Shown: positions 9,019-19,039 of the stretch, one piece after another
Layout: the number at the start of each line of letters is the position of its first letter
How positions within the stretch are numbered: the first letter of the stretch is position 1
Assembly (NCBI GenBank): GCA_028823475.1
Contig: JAPKBI010000001.1
Location: 1 to 47,357 of the forward strand
DNA length: 47,357 bases
Direction: 5' to 3'
From: Halioglobus sp.
GTDB lineage: Bacteria > Pseudomonadota > Gammaproteobacteria > Pseudomonadales > Halieaceae
Translations under genes and position numbers: made by a program
The notes under the pieces: generated by a model
What the model was told of the DNA's origin: nothing
Databases searched by the model: none
The model's input: only the letters and a program-made list of their open reading frames with translations

Positions 9019-10161
9019 ATGGGCAACCCCGTCGCTACTGGAAGAAAATTGACAGAAGTTTCCATTATCACTCCGTGCTTCAATGAAGTTGGCAATGTTG
9101 TCCAATTGCTTGATCAGCTAACTAGAAGCCTAGATGGTGCCCAGATAGATTGGGAGGTTATATTTGTCGACGATGATTCCCCCGATGGCACAGCTGCCGA
9201 AGTACGTGCCCAAGCGGAGCATGACCCGAGAATCAGATGTATTCAGCGTAAAACTGCGCGGGGATTGGCATCGGCGGTGATTTGGGGGCTTCAGTCCGCG
9301 CATGGGAATATTTGTGTCGTGATGGATGCCGATTTACAACACGATGCCTCAATCATTCCGGATATGGTTCAAGCGGTACGAGATGGCTCCGACATAGCGA
9401 TCGGCGTGAGGTATGACAGCCACAATAGTACGGCCAAGTTAGCGGGGTTGTCCTCGGGTTGGAGAAATCGACTTTCGAGATATGGGAATCGAATTCTAAA
9501 CAGGTTACTTGGGCAGCAGCTGAACGATCCGCTTTCTGGTTTTTTTGCCATAAGGAGAGATGTCGCTGACTCCAGCCTGGCGCGACTGAGTGGCGAAGGG
9601 TTTAAGATCCTTTTTGACCTGCTCTATCATAACCGCAATAGCAAGGTGGCACAGATACATTTCCAGTTCTCTCAGAGAGCTTATGGTGAATCAAAATTAG
9701 AACCCGTTGTGATCTGGCATCTATATTGTGATGTTGCGTCAAAAGTTCTACGTTATGCCATCTCGGCAAGGTTCATCGGTTTTGCTACGGTAGGAGTTTT
9801 CGGCGCCGCTATACATTTCTCAACGTTATTCCTACTGCTTTTTGCTGGACTCGATTTCTGGGCATGTCAGCTAGTCGCTACGTTAACAGCAATGGTAAAT
9901 AACTTTTTAATTAATAATATCTTGACCTACTCTGATCGCCGACTTTTTGGTAGGAATCTGCTTGTAGGTCTGGCTTATTACGGTGCAGCCTCTGCGGTTG
10001 GTATTATTGCAAATGTTGGCGTGGCGTCTTACCTATTTACTCAGGAGGGAGGCTCCACAGTTGTTTCCAGTCTTTCGGGCGTGTTCGTCGAACTGATTTG
10101 GCGATACACCTTTGCGAGTAGAGTTATCTGGAATCGACCCGGTAGAAACCCAAGCGGATAG
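9019..10161 (+). CDS. DPM1-like GT2 polyprenol-phosphate glycosyltransferase fused to a GtrA flippase domain
   Basis: ITPCFNE, FVDDDSPDGT, RGLASA, VMDADLQHD, DPLSGFF, RAYGESKL; C-terminal four-TM GtrA-like domain (RFIGFATVGVFG...NNFLINNILTY). Confidence 0.92.
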   Translation: MGNPVATGRKLTEVSIITPCFNEVGNVVQLLDQLTRSLDGAQIDWEVIFVDDDSPDGTAAEVRAQAEHDPRIRCIQRKTARGLASAVIWGLQSAHGNICVVMDADLQHDASIIPDMVQAVRDGSDIAIGVRYDSHNSTAKLAGLSSGWRNRLSRYGNRILNRLLGQQLNDPLSGFFAIRRDVADSSLARLSGEGFKILFDLLYHNRNSKVAQIHFQFSQRAYGESKLEPVVIWHLYCDVASKVLRYAISARFIGFATVGVFGAAIHFSTLFLLLFAGLDFWACQLVATLTAMVNNFLINNILTYSDRRLFGRNLLVGLAYYGAASAVGIIANVGVASYLFTQEGGSTVVSSLSGVFVELIWRYTFASRVIWNRPGRNPSG

Positions 10162-10167
10162 TCACTG

Positions 10168-10893
10168 ATGAGCGATTACAATTACGATGCAGATATTCCC
10201 GCGGGATACTACGACGACATCTATCGCCGCGGCTTCGGAGTGCAATATTGGTGGCATCATCTGAAGTTCTCAGCTGTTGCAAATAAGATCCCTCCTTCGA
10301 ACCGCTGGCTCGATATAGGTTGCGGACCGGGCACGTTTCTGGGAAATTTTAATGTTGGAAATGATGCTGTCGGGCTGGACCTTAGCGCACCGCAAATCGA
10401 CTATGCGATTCGAACGTATGGCACCACTAACTGTGCGTTCGTAACTGGAACGCTAGAAGAATTAGTTGCCAAAGGAGAAAAATTCGACGTAGTGTCCATT
10501 ATAGAGGTGGTAGAACATCTTCACTACAGCGCTGTGGACCAACTGCTGGTGCAGATCTCACAGTTGCTTAACCCGTCTGGATGCGTTGTGCTGACGACAC
10601 CAAATTACCGTTCGTTGTGGCCACTGATAGAGCTCGCGGTAAATACGATCTCCCGAGTTAGCTACGAGGATCAGCACATCAACAAGTACATTCCAAGCAA
10701 GTTACAGCGTCAGATGAGTAGGGTATTTGATACTCAGGTCAGCACCATCGTTGGCCTTGCCCCGTTTATGGCGGTAGTCTCGGATAAACTCGTGGCCCCT
10801 GCAAATAAGCTGGGCGCGTCTTTTCTGCACTTTGGTATGGGCAATCTAATCTTAGCCACCGGTCGAATAAAACCTACTACCAACCTACGTTAA
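10168..10893 (+). CDS. Class I SAM-dependent methyltransferase
   Basis: LDIGCGPG, GLDLS, IEVVEHL, LTTPNY; starts 6 bp after the GT2 stop. Confidence 0.9.
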   Translation: MSDYNYDADIPAGYYDDIYRRGFGVQYWWHHLKFSAVANKIPPSNRWLDIGCGPGTFLGNFNVGNDAVGLDLSAPQIDYAIRTYGTTNCAFVTGTLEELVAKGEKFDVVSIIEVVEHLHYSAVDQLLVQISQLLNPSGCVVLTTPNYRSLWPLIELAVNTISRVSYEDQHINKYIPSKLQRQMSRVFDTQVSTIVGLAPFMAVVSDKLVAPANKLGASFLHFGMGNLILATGRIKPTTNLR

Positions 10894-10910
10894 TCAAGGA
10901 GAGTCCTAAG

Positions 10911-11651
10911 GTGATTGATTGGTTTTTACGGTCAGTAAGCGAAGGTGTTCAAAGCTTCTTTGGTCGTGCCTATTACTTGCTTTTGACACTTACCAACAGT
11001 AACCGCAGTAATTCAGAAATATTTTCAAAAATTTATAAAAGCGGCATCTGGGGAAGTGATGGATCGGCCGCATTTTCAGGAGTTGGTTCGCGCGGAGAGT
11101 TACTGGAATCAACTGTGGAAACCGTTGACAACCTAATCATTGAATCCAAGGCATATAGAATTTTAGACATTGGCTGCGGTGACGGTGAGTTTGCTTGTGA
11201 GCTGTTGAGACGAAATACCACTTTGAAGCACTATCATGCGATCGATGTTTCAGAACAGGCACTGAAAGTTGCGAAGCAGAAAGCAATGGACCATCGGGCT
11301 TATTTTGAAGTCACTGATGCCAGTAATGCAGCTTTTGAGTACTACGATCTCGTTCTCATAAGACAGGTTCTCCAGCATCTCAGCAACGAAGATATTCAAA
11401 GTGTCCTGGACAATATCGCACACTGTGGCACATTACTTGTTGTCGAGCATCGTCCCAGCGAAGCTACTGCAATGCCTAACAAAAATATTCCCACCGGCGC
11501 AAGCACACGGAGATTCAAAAATTCTTATGTGGATTTGAGTGAATCTCCTTTTCGCCATTCATTTGCCGAACACAGAGAATTATCGAAGATGGACGTTGCA
11601 AGTGTAAAGGGCTGCCTAGTTACTAGCCATTTCTATCGAAAAAAATGCTGA
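10911..11651 (+). CDS. Class I SAM-dependent methyltransferase
   Basis: FSKIYKSGIWG..SGVGS N-terminal motif, LDIGCGDG, IRQVLQHLSN. Confidence 0.88.
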   Translation: MIDWFLRSVSEGVQSFFGRAYYLLLTLTNSNRSNSEIFSKIYKSGIWGSDGSAAFSGVGSRGELLESTVETVDNLIIESKAYRILDIGCGDGEFACELLRRNTTLKHYHAIDVSEQALKVAKQKAMDHRAYFEVTDASNAAFEYYDLVLIRQVLQHLSNEDIQSVLDNIAHCGTLLVVEHRPSEATAMPNKNIPTGASTRRFKNSYVDLSESPFRHSFAEHRELSKMDVASVKGCLVTSHFYRKKC

Positions 11652-11695
11652 TGCAAGCATGACATCTACTTTTGGCGGCAGAAAAAAAGGGATGA

Positions 11696-12886
11696 TTACC
11701 TTTGTGTAATGGGGTGGCTGAATTTTCTTCTAATATAGCTCTGAACGGGTCGCTCGAAATTTTTGAAAACTACCCGTGACAGTAAAATTAATATAAGGAA
11801 AAAGACTACCAAGGATATTGGGCTTAGATAAAAACTACTCTCTAGAATGCCGTAACTTACTGCTAACGCGCAGCATAATTGGAGAGGGAAGTGCAGCATG
11901 TAGGACGAATAGGTTATATCACCTATCCAGGACATACGTTTCAGAAAATGGCCTCGATTAATTTCTATGAGAGCCAAACTAACTATCGTAAGCGGGAAAA
12001 GGACATAGTCGGAAAATAGTGGGGAAAACAGGCTATAGAGGAATTGGATTGGTTGAATGTCGCTCACTTGAACAAGCTCGTTTATGTCAGCCAAATAGAA
12101 ATGACATACTACTAACACCCAAAGCAAGCAAGTTAAGAGTGCGATCGGATATGTTAGCGTTATATTTTTCTCTGAAATAGCATTCGTCAAATGAAAGATG
12201 AACCCACCGTAGTAAAAAATGGAGAGTGCTGGAAAAAGTAGCTGTGGAGAAAAAATATTGAAAATATAGACGACTATGGAGATTAAAATACACACAAACC
12301 AGGAGCAATTAAAGCGTAGAACAATCGGGAAAAATAGACAATATAGCAATACTTCAATGGATACTGACCAAGCTGGTGCATTGAATGACATTACGCTGGA
12401 AGAGCTCCAAGCGTTTGCAAAACCTAGATGCAGAATAAAATTATTTATATCATTGAATGGATATACGAAAAAATTTCCCTCGTGGGAGATGAAGAGCAGC
12501 TGAAGTAGTGCTACCACTAAAAGCGTTACAAAATGAAGAGGATAGAGTCTTGAGAAACGCTGTAGAAAAAATGTTGTTGGGAGGATCTCCCTGTTTCTAA
12601 TAGGCTTTTTATAGAGCCAAAAAAATACAAACCCTGATAGCAAGAAGAAATATTGAACTCCAGCATGCCCCATTTCATAGAATAACTGAAGCAGACTAAA
12701 AAGTGGCATAGTGTTTTGCTCAAAGCCTTTTGTGAGCGCCCCCCCTTGGTATGCGAAATGCTGCCAGTGCCAGATGACAACTGATAATGCAGCTACTCCT
12801 CGAGATACATCCAGCGCGTATAATCGATCGGGCCACTTTTTTGCGTTCACTGTCATTGGTAATCCCATTTTTCTAGCTGCCTCCAC
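11696..12886 (-). CDS. Acyltransferase-3 family membrane O-acyltransferase (start may be 12856)
   Basis: LDVSRGVAALSVVIWH, FFLLSGFV, RFSRLYPLH, WSVSIE, GDITYSSYMLHFP, FERP. Confidence 0.93.
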   Translation of the reverse strand: MEAARKMGLPMTVNAKKWPDRLYALDVSRGVAALSVVIWHWQHFAYQGGALTKGFEQNTMPLFSLLQLFYEMGHAGVQYFFLLSGFVFFWLYKKPIRNREILPTTFFLQRFSRLYPLHFVTLLVVALLQLLFISHEGNFFVYPFNDINNFILHLGFANAWSSSSVMSFNAPAWSVSIEVLLYCLFFPIVLRFNCSWFVCILISIVVYIFNIFSPQLLFPALSIFYYGGFIFHLTNAISEKNITLTYPIALLTCLLWVLVVCHFYLADINELVQVSDIQPIQFLYSLFSPLFSDYVLFPLTIVSLALIEINRGHFLKRMSWIGDITYSSYMLHFPLQLCCALAVSYGILESSFYLSPISLVVFFLILILLSRVVFKNFERPVQSYIRRKFSHPITQR

Positions 12887-12947
12887 AAGTAGAAGTCATG
12901 GTGCAGCCAGCCTTTATGCATGCGCAGGTCCGTTCAGTAAAGTTGAG

Positions 12948-15488
12948 TTACCATCTTTCAGCTCCCTTTGAATAAATAGCAATACCAGTGCAGTTCGAGC
13001 CACTCCTCTTTGGGTCCATGAGCATTGGGTAGTCCGTTGCAGCAATTTGACAGGATAGAGGGAAAGGGTTCTGTGCCAATAGTTTATAGTTCCGTCCATT
13101 GGATCTATATACATAATTATTGCTGCCGTCCGCACCGTCCCTGGGGTCTCGAGGAAGTTCGGAAACGTAGTTTGGGGTTAGTCCTTGTATCCATTGTAAT
13201 TTGCTTTCTCCCAAGTTTGAATACAGACCATCCCAGCCATTACTTGCCTGAGTTGCCGAGCCTTTCTTGCTCGAAGCAGGGTAATATCCATTCTCAGAAT
13301 AATAATCGTCTAAAGCATTTTTAATTGAGGAAAAATCTGATTTAACCTGAGTCAGATACTCATGAGAATGATGCTGGACTGGCTGACAGTCCGGATCTTC
13401 GTTAGATGGCGCGCATTTACAAAGGAACGTTGTTGACTCGCCCGCGAAGGTCGGCGCAGTTGTAATACTCTTAATCCTAAGCTCAGCCACTTTATTCGCC
13501 GTTGCAAACCAATGAATGCTATTGGGTACCCTAGTACTGATGCATAGTTCATCACGGTGTCGAGCCTCGCTTTGCCAAGTTCTCAGATCGATGTCAGTCC
13601 ATACACTTGTGGTAGGTGAGATGATGTCAGTTGCGGATCTGAGGCCTGTTAGGAAGAAATCACCTTCATCGGAGTCGACGCGGTTATATGGCAGGTCGCC
13701 GAATGGGGCAGAAAGCGCGTAAAAACCCGTGGGGACTACGTCCCTGTCGCCCAGCGCCAACCGAATTTCGGCCTGACGCGCGATACCTTTCGCATAGTGT
13801 TTGATCGCCCAATCTTGTTCATTCTCGAGCGAAGAATACCGACCGATCACAAATCGATAGGCCTCGTTACGAGGGGTATCATTCGGCGAAATGCCGAAAG
13901 GAGAGAGGTTAGGAACGCCATGGCGCTCCGGCTCACCGCGTAACCATGCAGTAAGGTTATGAGTGTCGGGGAGTGTTAAAAGTGGGATTAGATATCTTTT
14001 CACTTGATAATGAGAGCCATAGAGAACGGCAACAGTTAACATCGCAGCAATAAAAGTGGTCATAGTTGTAAAGGTGGATCTTTCCTCAGCCCAACGGAGA
14101 TAGAAAATTATATATGCCGCAAACATGGGTATCATCATGAAGGCAGAGCTTTGAATATGCGAACTATCGGAGCGCAGATAGCTTATTAGATTAAGGCTTA
14201 TTGCAGAGGCTATAATTGCAGCGAAGATGGCGATGTCTCGCATGTAAAATTGATTCGCCCGAGCAGTAGAAATTAAATGTATAGCGGCAGCAAGTATGGG
14301 GACACCTAGAAATATGATCCCAGCGAAGATTAGTCCGGAGGCATTATTTGCGAGTTTTTGTGTGTCAGTAAAGAAAAGTGAACTTGCACCTGCGAACACT
14401 CGTCCTGAATATTTAGTATATAAGCTGAAAAAATCTAAAAATCTGTCAAAGCCATAATAACAGCCGATTAGAACAAAGAATGTAGCGGCAAACGTGGCAA
14501 TAAAAAGCAGGTACGACTTGATATAATTTTTTAAAGTGCATGTGCGGAATCGGAGTAACAGGATAAAAACTAAGCTGTAAGAGATGATGCCCCCGCCAAA
14601 CATTTCCTGGCTTATTATTGCAAAAAAAGACCAAGCCATTCCTAGTATAACGAGCTTCAAGTATTTTCGAGAAAGGTTTGAATCCGTCGTCAAAATTCGA
14701 GCGAGAATAATGCTAAATACTGGTATCACCATCCATCGATGCAGAAGCCCCCATCCTGGCCAAGCGAAATTGTATAGTATGCTGAAGGCGGAGAAAGCTG
14801 AGAGGAAAATGATGGACCCGAACAAAGGACCTGTGAGGATGACGATAAACCCACAAAAGGCAACTAGTGTGATTAAGTTCAACAATAGTTGGATTCGATA
14901 TGCATCGGCCAACGTGAGCCCGAAAATGTCGGTTAGTTTCCCCATTAGATAGAGCATCCCTGGGCCATACTGAGTTGACGTTTCGAGATAGAGTATTTTA
15001 CTGTGCTCCAAGTATTGAGAAAGTGGGGCGAGCAGGACCGTCAAGTGAGAATCAAGGCTCCCGATTATTATGGTAGAGCCAAATCCGGCGTTGAAGTATG
15101 GGAGGAATACACTTGTGAAAGAGATGTAGGAAAAAGCACAAAATAGTAGTAATTTGATAGGCCAATACGCGTTGACGTATAATTTAGATCCAGTAGGTTT
15201 TATATGAGTTGGCGCTATCTCTGGCCCTATTAGATTGATAAGCGCCAAGCGTGTTGTAACAAAGAAAACGATATAGATGTATAGGAAAATTAGAGGCCGT
15301 GTGTTGCTTGACGCCCAAAGCAATACCCCTTCATTGGTCAACCACTGTGGTTGATAAAAATTGTTATAGTAGATGAACGCAAGCACGAAAAGAATGAACG
15401 CCGCGAGATCGAACACTAGCAGCATTTTTCGACTGCTGTCGGTATCTCCCGAATGTGGGCTGTAAGCGGAAGAGGAAAGTAATTGCAT
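12948..15488 (-). CDS. Polytopic GT-C-like membrane protein with C-terminal GspG/pilin-head-like domain
   Basis: Over 10 hydrophobic segments; loop motifs LYLETSTQYGPG and LRSDSSH; tail KSDFSSIKNALDDYYSENGYYP...LPRDP...YVYRSNGRNYKL. Confidence 0.62.
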   Translation of the reverse strand: MQLLSSSAYSPHSGDTDSSRKMLLVFDLAAFILFVLAFIYYNNFYQPQWLTNEGVLLWASSNTRPLIFLYIYIVFFVTTRLALINLIGPEIAPTHIKPTGSKLYVNAYWPIKLLLFCAFSYISFTSVFLPYFNAGFGSTIIIGSLDSHLTVLLAPLSQYLEHSKILYLETSTQYGPGMLYLMGKLTDIFGLTLADAYRIQLLLNLITLVAFCGFIVILTGPLFGSIIFLSAFSAFSILYNFAWPGWGLLHRWMVIPVFSIILARILTTDSNLSRKYLKLVILGMAWSFFAIISQEMFGGGIISYSLVFILLLRFRTCTLKNYIKSYLLFIATFAATFFVLIGCYYGFDRFLDFFSLYTKYSGRVFAGASSLFFTDTQKLANNASGLIFAGIIFLGVPILAAAIHLISTARANQFYMRDIAIFAAIIASAISLNLISYLRSDSSHIQSSAFMMIPMFAAYIIFYLRWAEERSTFTTMTTFIAAMLTVAVLYGSHYQVKRYLIPLLTLPDTHNLTAWLRGEPERHGVPNLSPFGISPNDTPRNEAYRFVIGRYSSLENEQDWAIKHYAKGIARQAEIRLALGDRDVVPTGFYALSAPFGDLPYNRVDSDEGDFFLTGLRSATDIISPTTSVWTDIDLRTWQSEARHRDELCISTRVPNSIHWFATANKVAELRIKSITTAPTFAGESTTFLCKCAPSNEDPDCQPVQHHSHEYLTQVKSDFSSIKNALDDYYSENGYYPASSKKGSATQASNGWDGLYSNLGESKLQWIQGLTPNYVSELPRDPRDGADGSNNYVYRSNGRNYKLLAQNPFPLSCQIAATDYPMLMDPKRSGSNCTGIAIYSKGAERW

Positions 15489-15643
15489 TTCTAGTGGGCC
15501 TGCAAATATTTTTTGTAACTAGCTAAGTTAATCAAGCTTAACGATCGATCATATACTGATTGCATGCCCTTTTGAAATTGTAAATTTCTTTTTTATTGGC
15601 TTTTCGTAGACTGGACGTGCTGGTCATTCCTCCGCGCTGATAC

Positions 15644-15895
15644 TGGACTTCCCAGGGTTTACTAAACGCCTTCTAGCCTCGCAAAAGAGGCTTCTTCAAA
15701 CTTAACCGGTGAAACACCACTAGTATGACTGTGGCGCTGCACCGGATTGTAGAACCTCTCAATAAACTTAAAAATCTCACTCTTAGCCTGTTCACGAGTC
15801 GCATAGATTTCTCGTTGGGGAACACGCTTTTGAAGATAGCAAAAAAACTGTCGGCAATCGCGTTGTCGGACAATCACCCCGGTGACTCATTGGTG
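15644..15895 (-). mobile_element. IS3-family remnant: frameshifted 3' end of transposase plus right terminal repeat
   Basis: DNAIADSFF and EIYATREQAKSEIFKFIERFYNPVQRHSHTSGVSPVKFE lie in different frames; the end ...GTTTAGTAAACCCTGGGAAGTCCA resembles an IS3 IRR ending in CA. Confidence 0.88.
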
Positions 15896-16394
15896 GCTTA
15901 GTAATGGCCCCGGTGCGCCATGGTGCGACTGGCGTGTAGTTGCGGAGCCTCAGGCAGCCGCGCTCGCTTTACGCAGGGCGTCACTTAGTGAGTTCAGGGC
16001 CTCCTATGCCAGCATAGCTGTCGGTTCATTTTTTCATCAAGCAATATGCTAGGGGCGCAAGTGAAAGAAAACTTCAGGTTCGCTGGGAGTAAGTCCCCAC
16101 CTCGTGTTAGCAAGGTCTAGGAATATCCCAATGGGGTACCCAGGTGAGCAGATCTATCTGCATCAAACTCTGTGAGTGATCAAACAAAACGGGCACAAAG
16201 TCCTCGCAGAACACCCCCTCTGGGGATATACTCGATTTAATAGGTATAATAGTGTCGGTGGTGTGACTTTACTGACCCCGCATCTAAACCTCATGAGAGG
16301 GGGGGAGTAATCGCAGACTTATCTGTCGGATTTTGGATGCTTGTTCATTTATTCTTTACGAGCACGATAATGAGTTAAAGAGGGAGAGAGAACC

Positions 16395-19013
16395 TTGTCA
16401 GCACAGGTAAAAATGCTACTTCAACCTGCCGCCGCCCCTAGCCCACGCACTGTGGTTGGCCTTCTTGCCGATGGGCCTCGCCTTATAGGTTTTAATGCCG
16501 AGAATCATCGGCTCGCAAAGCCAGTTCGTATGGGTTTAAAATTAGACCTAGCCCACTTGGAATTACTAAGTGCATTGGTTGGCACCAGCCAGGAATCCGA
16601 TGTAGATTTGTTGGATGCCATATGTAAGGAATTCAATACAGAACGTAAGCCGCTCAAAAAGATCATTAACGGATATCGTGAACTTCCGCCGGCAGACAGT
16701 GTGAGTTCTGATGTTTGGCAACCCTCTGTTGCCGCCTTAGAACACGCGGAACGCGATATTCGCGCTTCTAGTGCGAACCTTCTGGAGGCGAATCGACTAT
16801 TGGCCGTGCGTGTTCCTCTTCTCCTTCGCGTGGGTAAGCTGGGTTTTGAGCACGTCAACCATAGAGGCCAGGTAGCTTTAAGTCTCAATGCGACAGAGCT
16901 CTCAGCGCTGCGGCATCTCACCACGCCAATTACGATCGATGAGTTCGTGCAGCGAATATCTGATGGCCATGAACGACTTACTAGTGATCAGGTAAAACCT
17001 TTACTAGAGCGTCTTCTGGCAGCTCAGGCTCTCAGGTCATTCGAGCCTGGAGATTCGGAGATAGAAAAGATTTTCAAACACGATGCGAACTATTGGCGCG
17101 AGTACTCGCTGGTATCGAAAGCTCTATTTAAGGCAATTGAAAGTGCGGAGAGGCGCAATCCGCGTCGATCAGATCGGATTCCAGTTTACCCAATTAATTT
17201 TGATCCAACAATGACCCCCCTTGCATTGGGCTTTCTATTCACTTCGGCACGTCAGTATAAGGATGGTCTGCTCAACGAGATTTTTGATTTTAGACCCAAC
17301 TGGCTTACCGACACGTCAGCTCCGGTGCCCGAGGGTCCCGCAGTAATGCTGCATTCGCACTACATGTGGAATTCGTCCAAAATGCTCGCTTCAGCAGCTC
17401 GAGTGAAGGCGGCAAATCCACTAGCACTCAATATTCATGGAGGCCCCGATGCTCCGAAATACGCGGAGGATGTAAAGCGCTATTTCGCTGAGCATCCCTA
17501 TGTGGATATCGTTGTGCATGGTGAAGGAGAAGTCACAATTTGCGAAATCCTCGAGGTGCTGGAACGAGGATTACAAGCGCGAGAACCCCTACGTTTGTCC
17601 GTGTTGGAGGGTGTCACAGGGCTCTCATATCGGGGAGCCGACGGTCAACCGGTGCAGACAGCGGATCGAGAACGTATTAAAAATCTGGACGAAATACCGT
17701 CGCCGTACCTGACAGGCGAGTTTGACGTTTTCGCTGAAGCGGGAACTCCGTCTGTAGTATTGGAGAGTAACCGAGGTTGCCCATATGGTTGTACGTTCTG
17801 TGATTGGGGGTCGGCCACTGCTTCCAAAATCCGGAAGTTTGATTTAGATAGAATATTGGCTGAATTGGACTGGTGCGCCAAACACCACGTCAGGGATGTT
17901 GGCTTTGCGGATGCCAACTTCGGAGTATTCGACAGGGATGTGGAAATTGCCGGACATTTGGCTGAGCTAAAAAAGGCGACTGGATCCCCTAGACATATGG
18001 GCACCAACTACGCCAAGAATTCCGTCAAAAATCTCAAGCCGATTATAGCAACGCTAGTAGATGCGGACATCATCGCATGGGGCCTGCTATCACTACAGTC
18101 GATGGATGAAGAGACCTTGTCGGTGATCGATCGTTCTAATATCAAGCTGAGTAAATATGAAGCACTGGCGCGGGAGTTCCGAGATAATGGTCTGCCGCTC
18201 TACGTTGACCTGATGCTGGGTCTGCCTGGCTCGACTCTCGAATCGTTTCGCAACGACCTGCAAGAATGTGTAGACAGAGAGGTCTACCCCAAGATATTCC
18301 CAACAGTTCTTTTGGTAAATAGCCCGATGAACGAACCGTCCTACCGTGAGAAGCACGGCATAACTGCCCTCCCCGGCGAGCTAGTAACGTCCTGCGCATC
18401 CTTCAGCGAGGATGACTACAAGCAGATGAGTGCGATTCGACGTCTATTTCTGTTCGCAGACAAATTTGGAGTTCTTCGCCATGCATTGCGCTACGCGCGG
18501 CAGGAGACGGGGCAGCGAGAGATCGACTTACTCCGCCGTCTCATGAACGCAGTGGACGCTGCCGGTGATCGCTGGCCGGCGCTGCGTTTCACATTGCTCT
18601 ATGTACCTCATTTGATGGTACCGCCAGTAGACTGGGGCTGGCTTATGGCTGACCTACACCGCTTCTTCGTCGAGCAGTTCGGAATTGCTGATGATGCTGC
18701 ACTGGATACCGTGTTGCGCGCGCAGCATGCGATGCTCCCGGCGCCGGGGCGATCTCTACCCGAGACGATCGCGCTTTCCTGCGACTACGCGGCCTGGTAT
18801 GCGGATATTCAAGCCGCCAGGGAAAATGGACATCGTCAGGACTGGTTCACAGTGGTTGCTCCATTGCGCTCCTATGGTCCCGGAACTCTCTCCGTGGCCG
18901 ACCCCCGTATGATCTGCGATAACCCGCAGGGGCGGAGGCTAACTGAAGGGGGGCAATTTCAGACTTGGGAACTGAGCTCTGAAATTGCCCGTCCATCTGG
19001 AGAGGACCTTTAG
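16395..19013 (+). CDS. B12-binding radical SAM enzyme with ~250 aa N-terminal extension
   Basis: SHYMWN..HGGPD..VVHGEGE cobalamin-binding domain; ESNRGCPYGCTFCDWG CxxxCxxC; ADANFG; LMLGLPG. Confidence 0.9.
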   Translation: MSAQVKMLLQPAAAPSPRTVVGLLADGPRLIGFNAENHRLAKPVRMGLKLDLAHLELLSALVGTSQESDVDLLDAICKEFNTERKPLKKIINGYRELPPADSVSSDVWQPSVAALEHAERDIRASSANLLEANRLLAVRVPLLLRVGKLGFEHVNHRGQVALSLNATELSALRHLTTPITIDEFVQRISDGHERLTSDQVKPLLERLLAAQALRSFEPGDSEIEKIFKHDANYWREYSLVSKALFKAIESAERRNPRRSDRIPVYPINFDPTMTPLALGFLFTSARQYKDGLLNEIFDFRPNWLTDTSAPVPEGPAVMLHSHYMWNSSKMLASAARVKAANPLALNIHGGPDAPKYAEDVKRYFAEHPYVDIVVHGEGEVTICEILEVLERGLQAREPLRLSVLEGVTGLSYRGADGQPVQTADRERIKNLDEIPSPYLTGEFDVFAEAGTPSVVLESNRGCPYGCTFCDWGSATASKIRKFDLDRILAELDWCAKHHVRDVGFADANFGVFDRDVEIAGHLAELKKATGSPRHMGTNYAKNSVKNLKPIIATLVDADIIAWGLLSLQSMDEETLSVIDRSNIKLSKYEALAREFRDNGLPLYVDLMLGLPGSTLESFRNDLQECVDREVYPKIFPTVLLVNSPMNEPSYREKHGITALPGELVTSCASFSEDDYKQMSAIRRLFLFADKFGVLRHALRYARQETGQREIDLLRRLMNAVDAAGDRWPALRFTLLYVPHLMVPPVDWGWLMADLHRFFVEQFGIADDAALDTVLRAQHAMLPAPGRSLPETIALSCDYAAWYADIQAARENGHRQDWFTVVAPLRSYGPGTLSVADPRMICDNPQGRRLTEGGQFQTWELSSEIARPSGEDL

Positions 19014-19039
19014 AAGAGGCTGATGCTAGAGGGCACTGA

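Noticed and set aside
15896-16394. Cobalamin riboswitch, group II intron 5' end, or RiPP precursor upstream of the radical SAM gene
   Set aside because: No B12-box or conserved riboswitch core visible. GTGCGCC near 15913 has no accompanying intron domains or RT gene. The short ORFs (e.g. MLGAQVKENFRFAGSKSPPRVSKV) lack a clear RBS or leader/core pattern. An Rfam scan would settle it.
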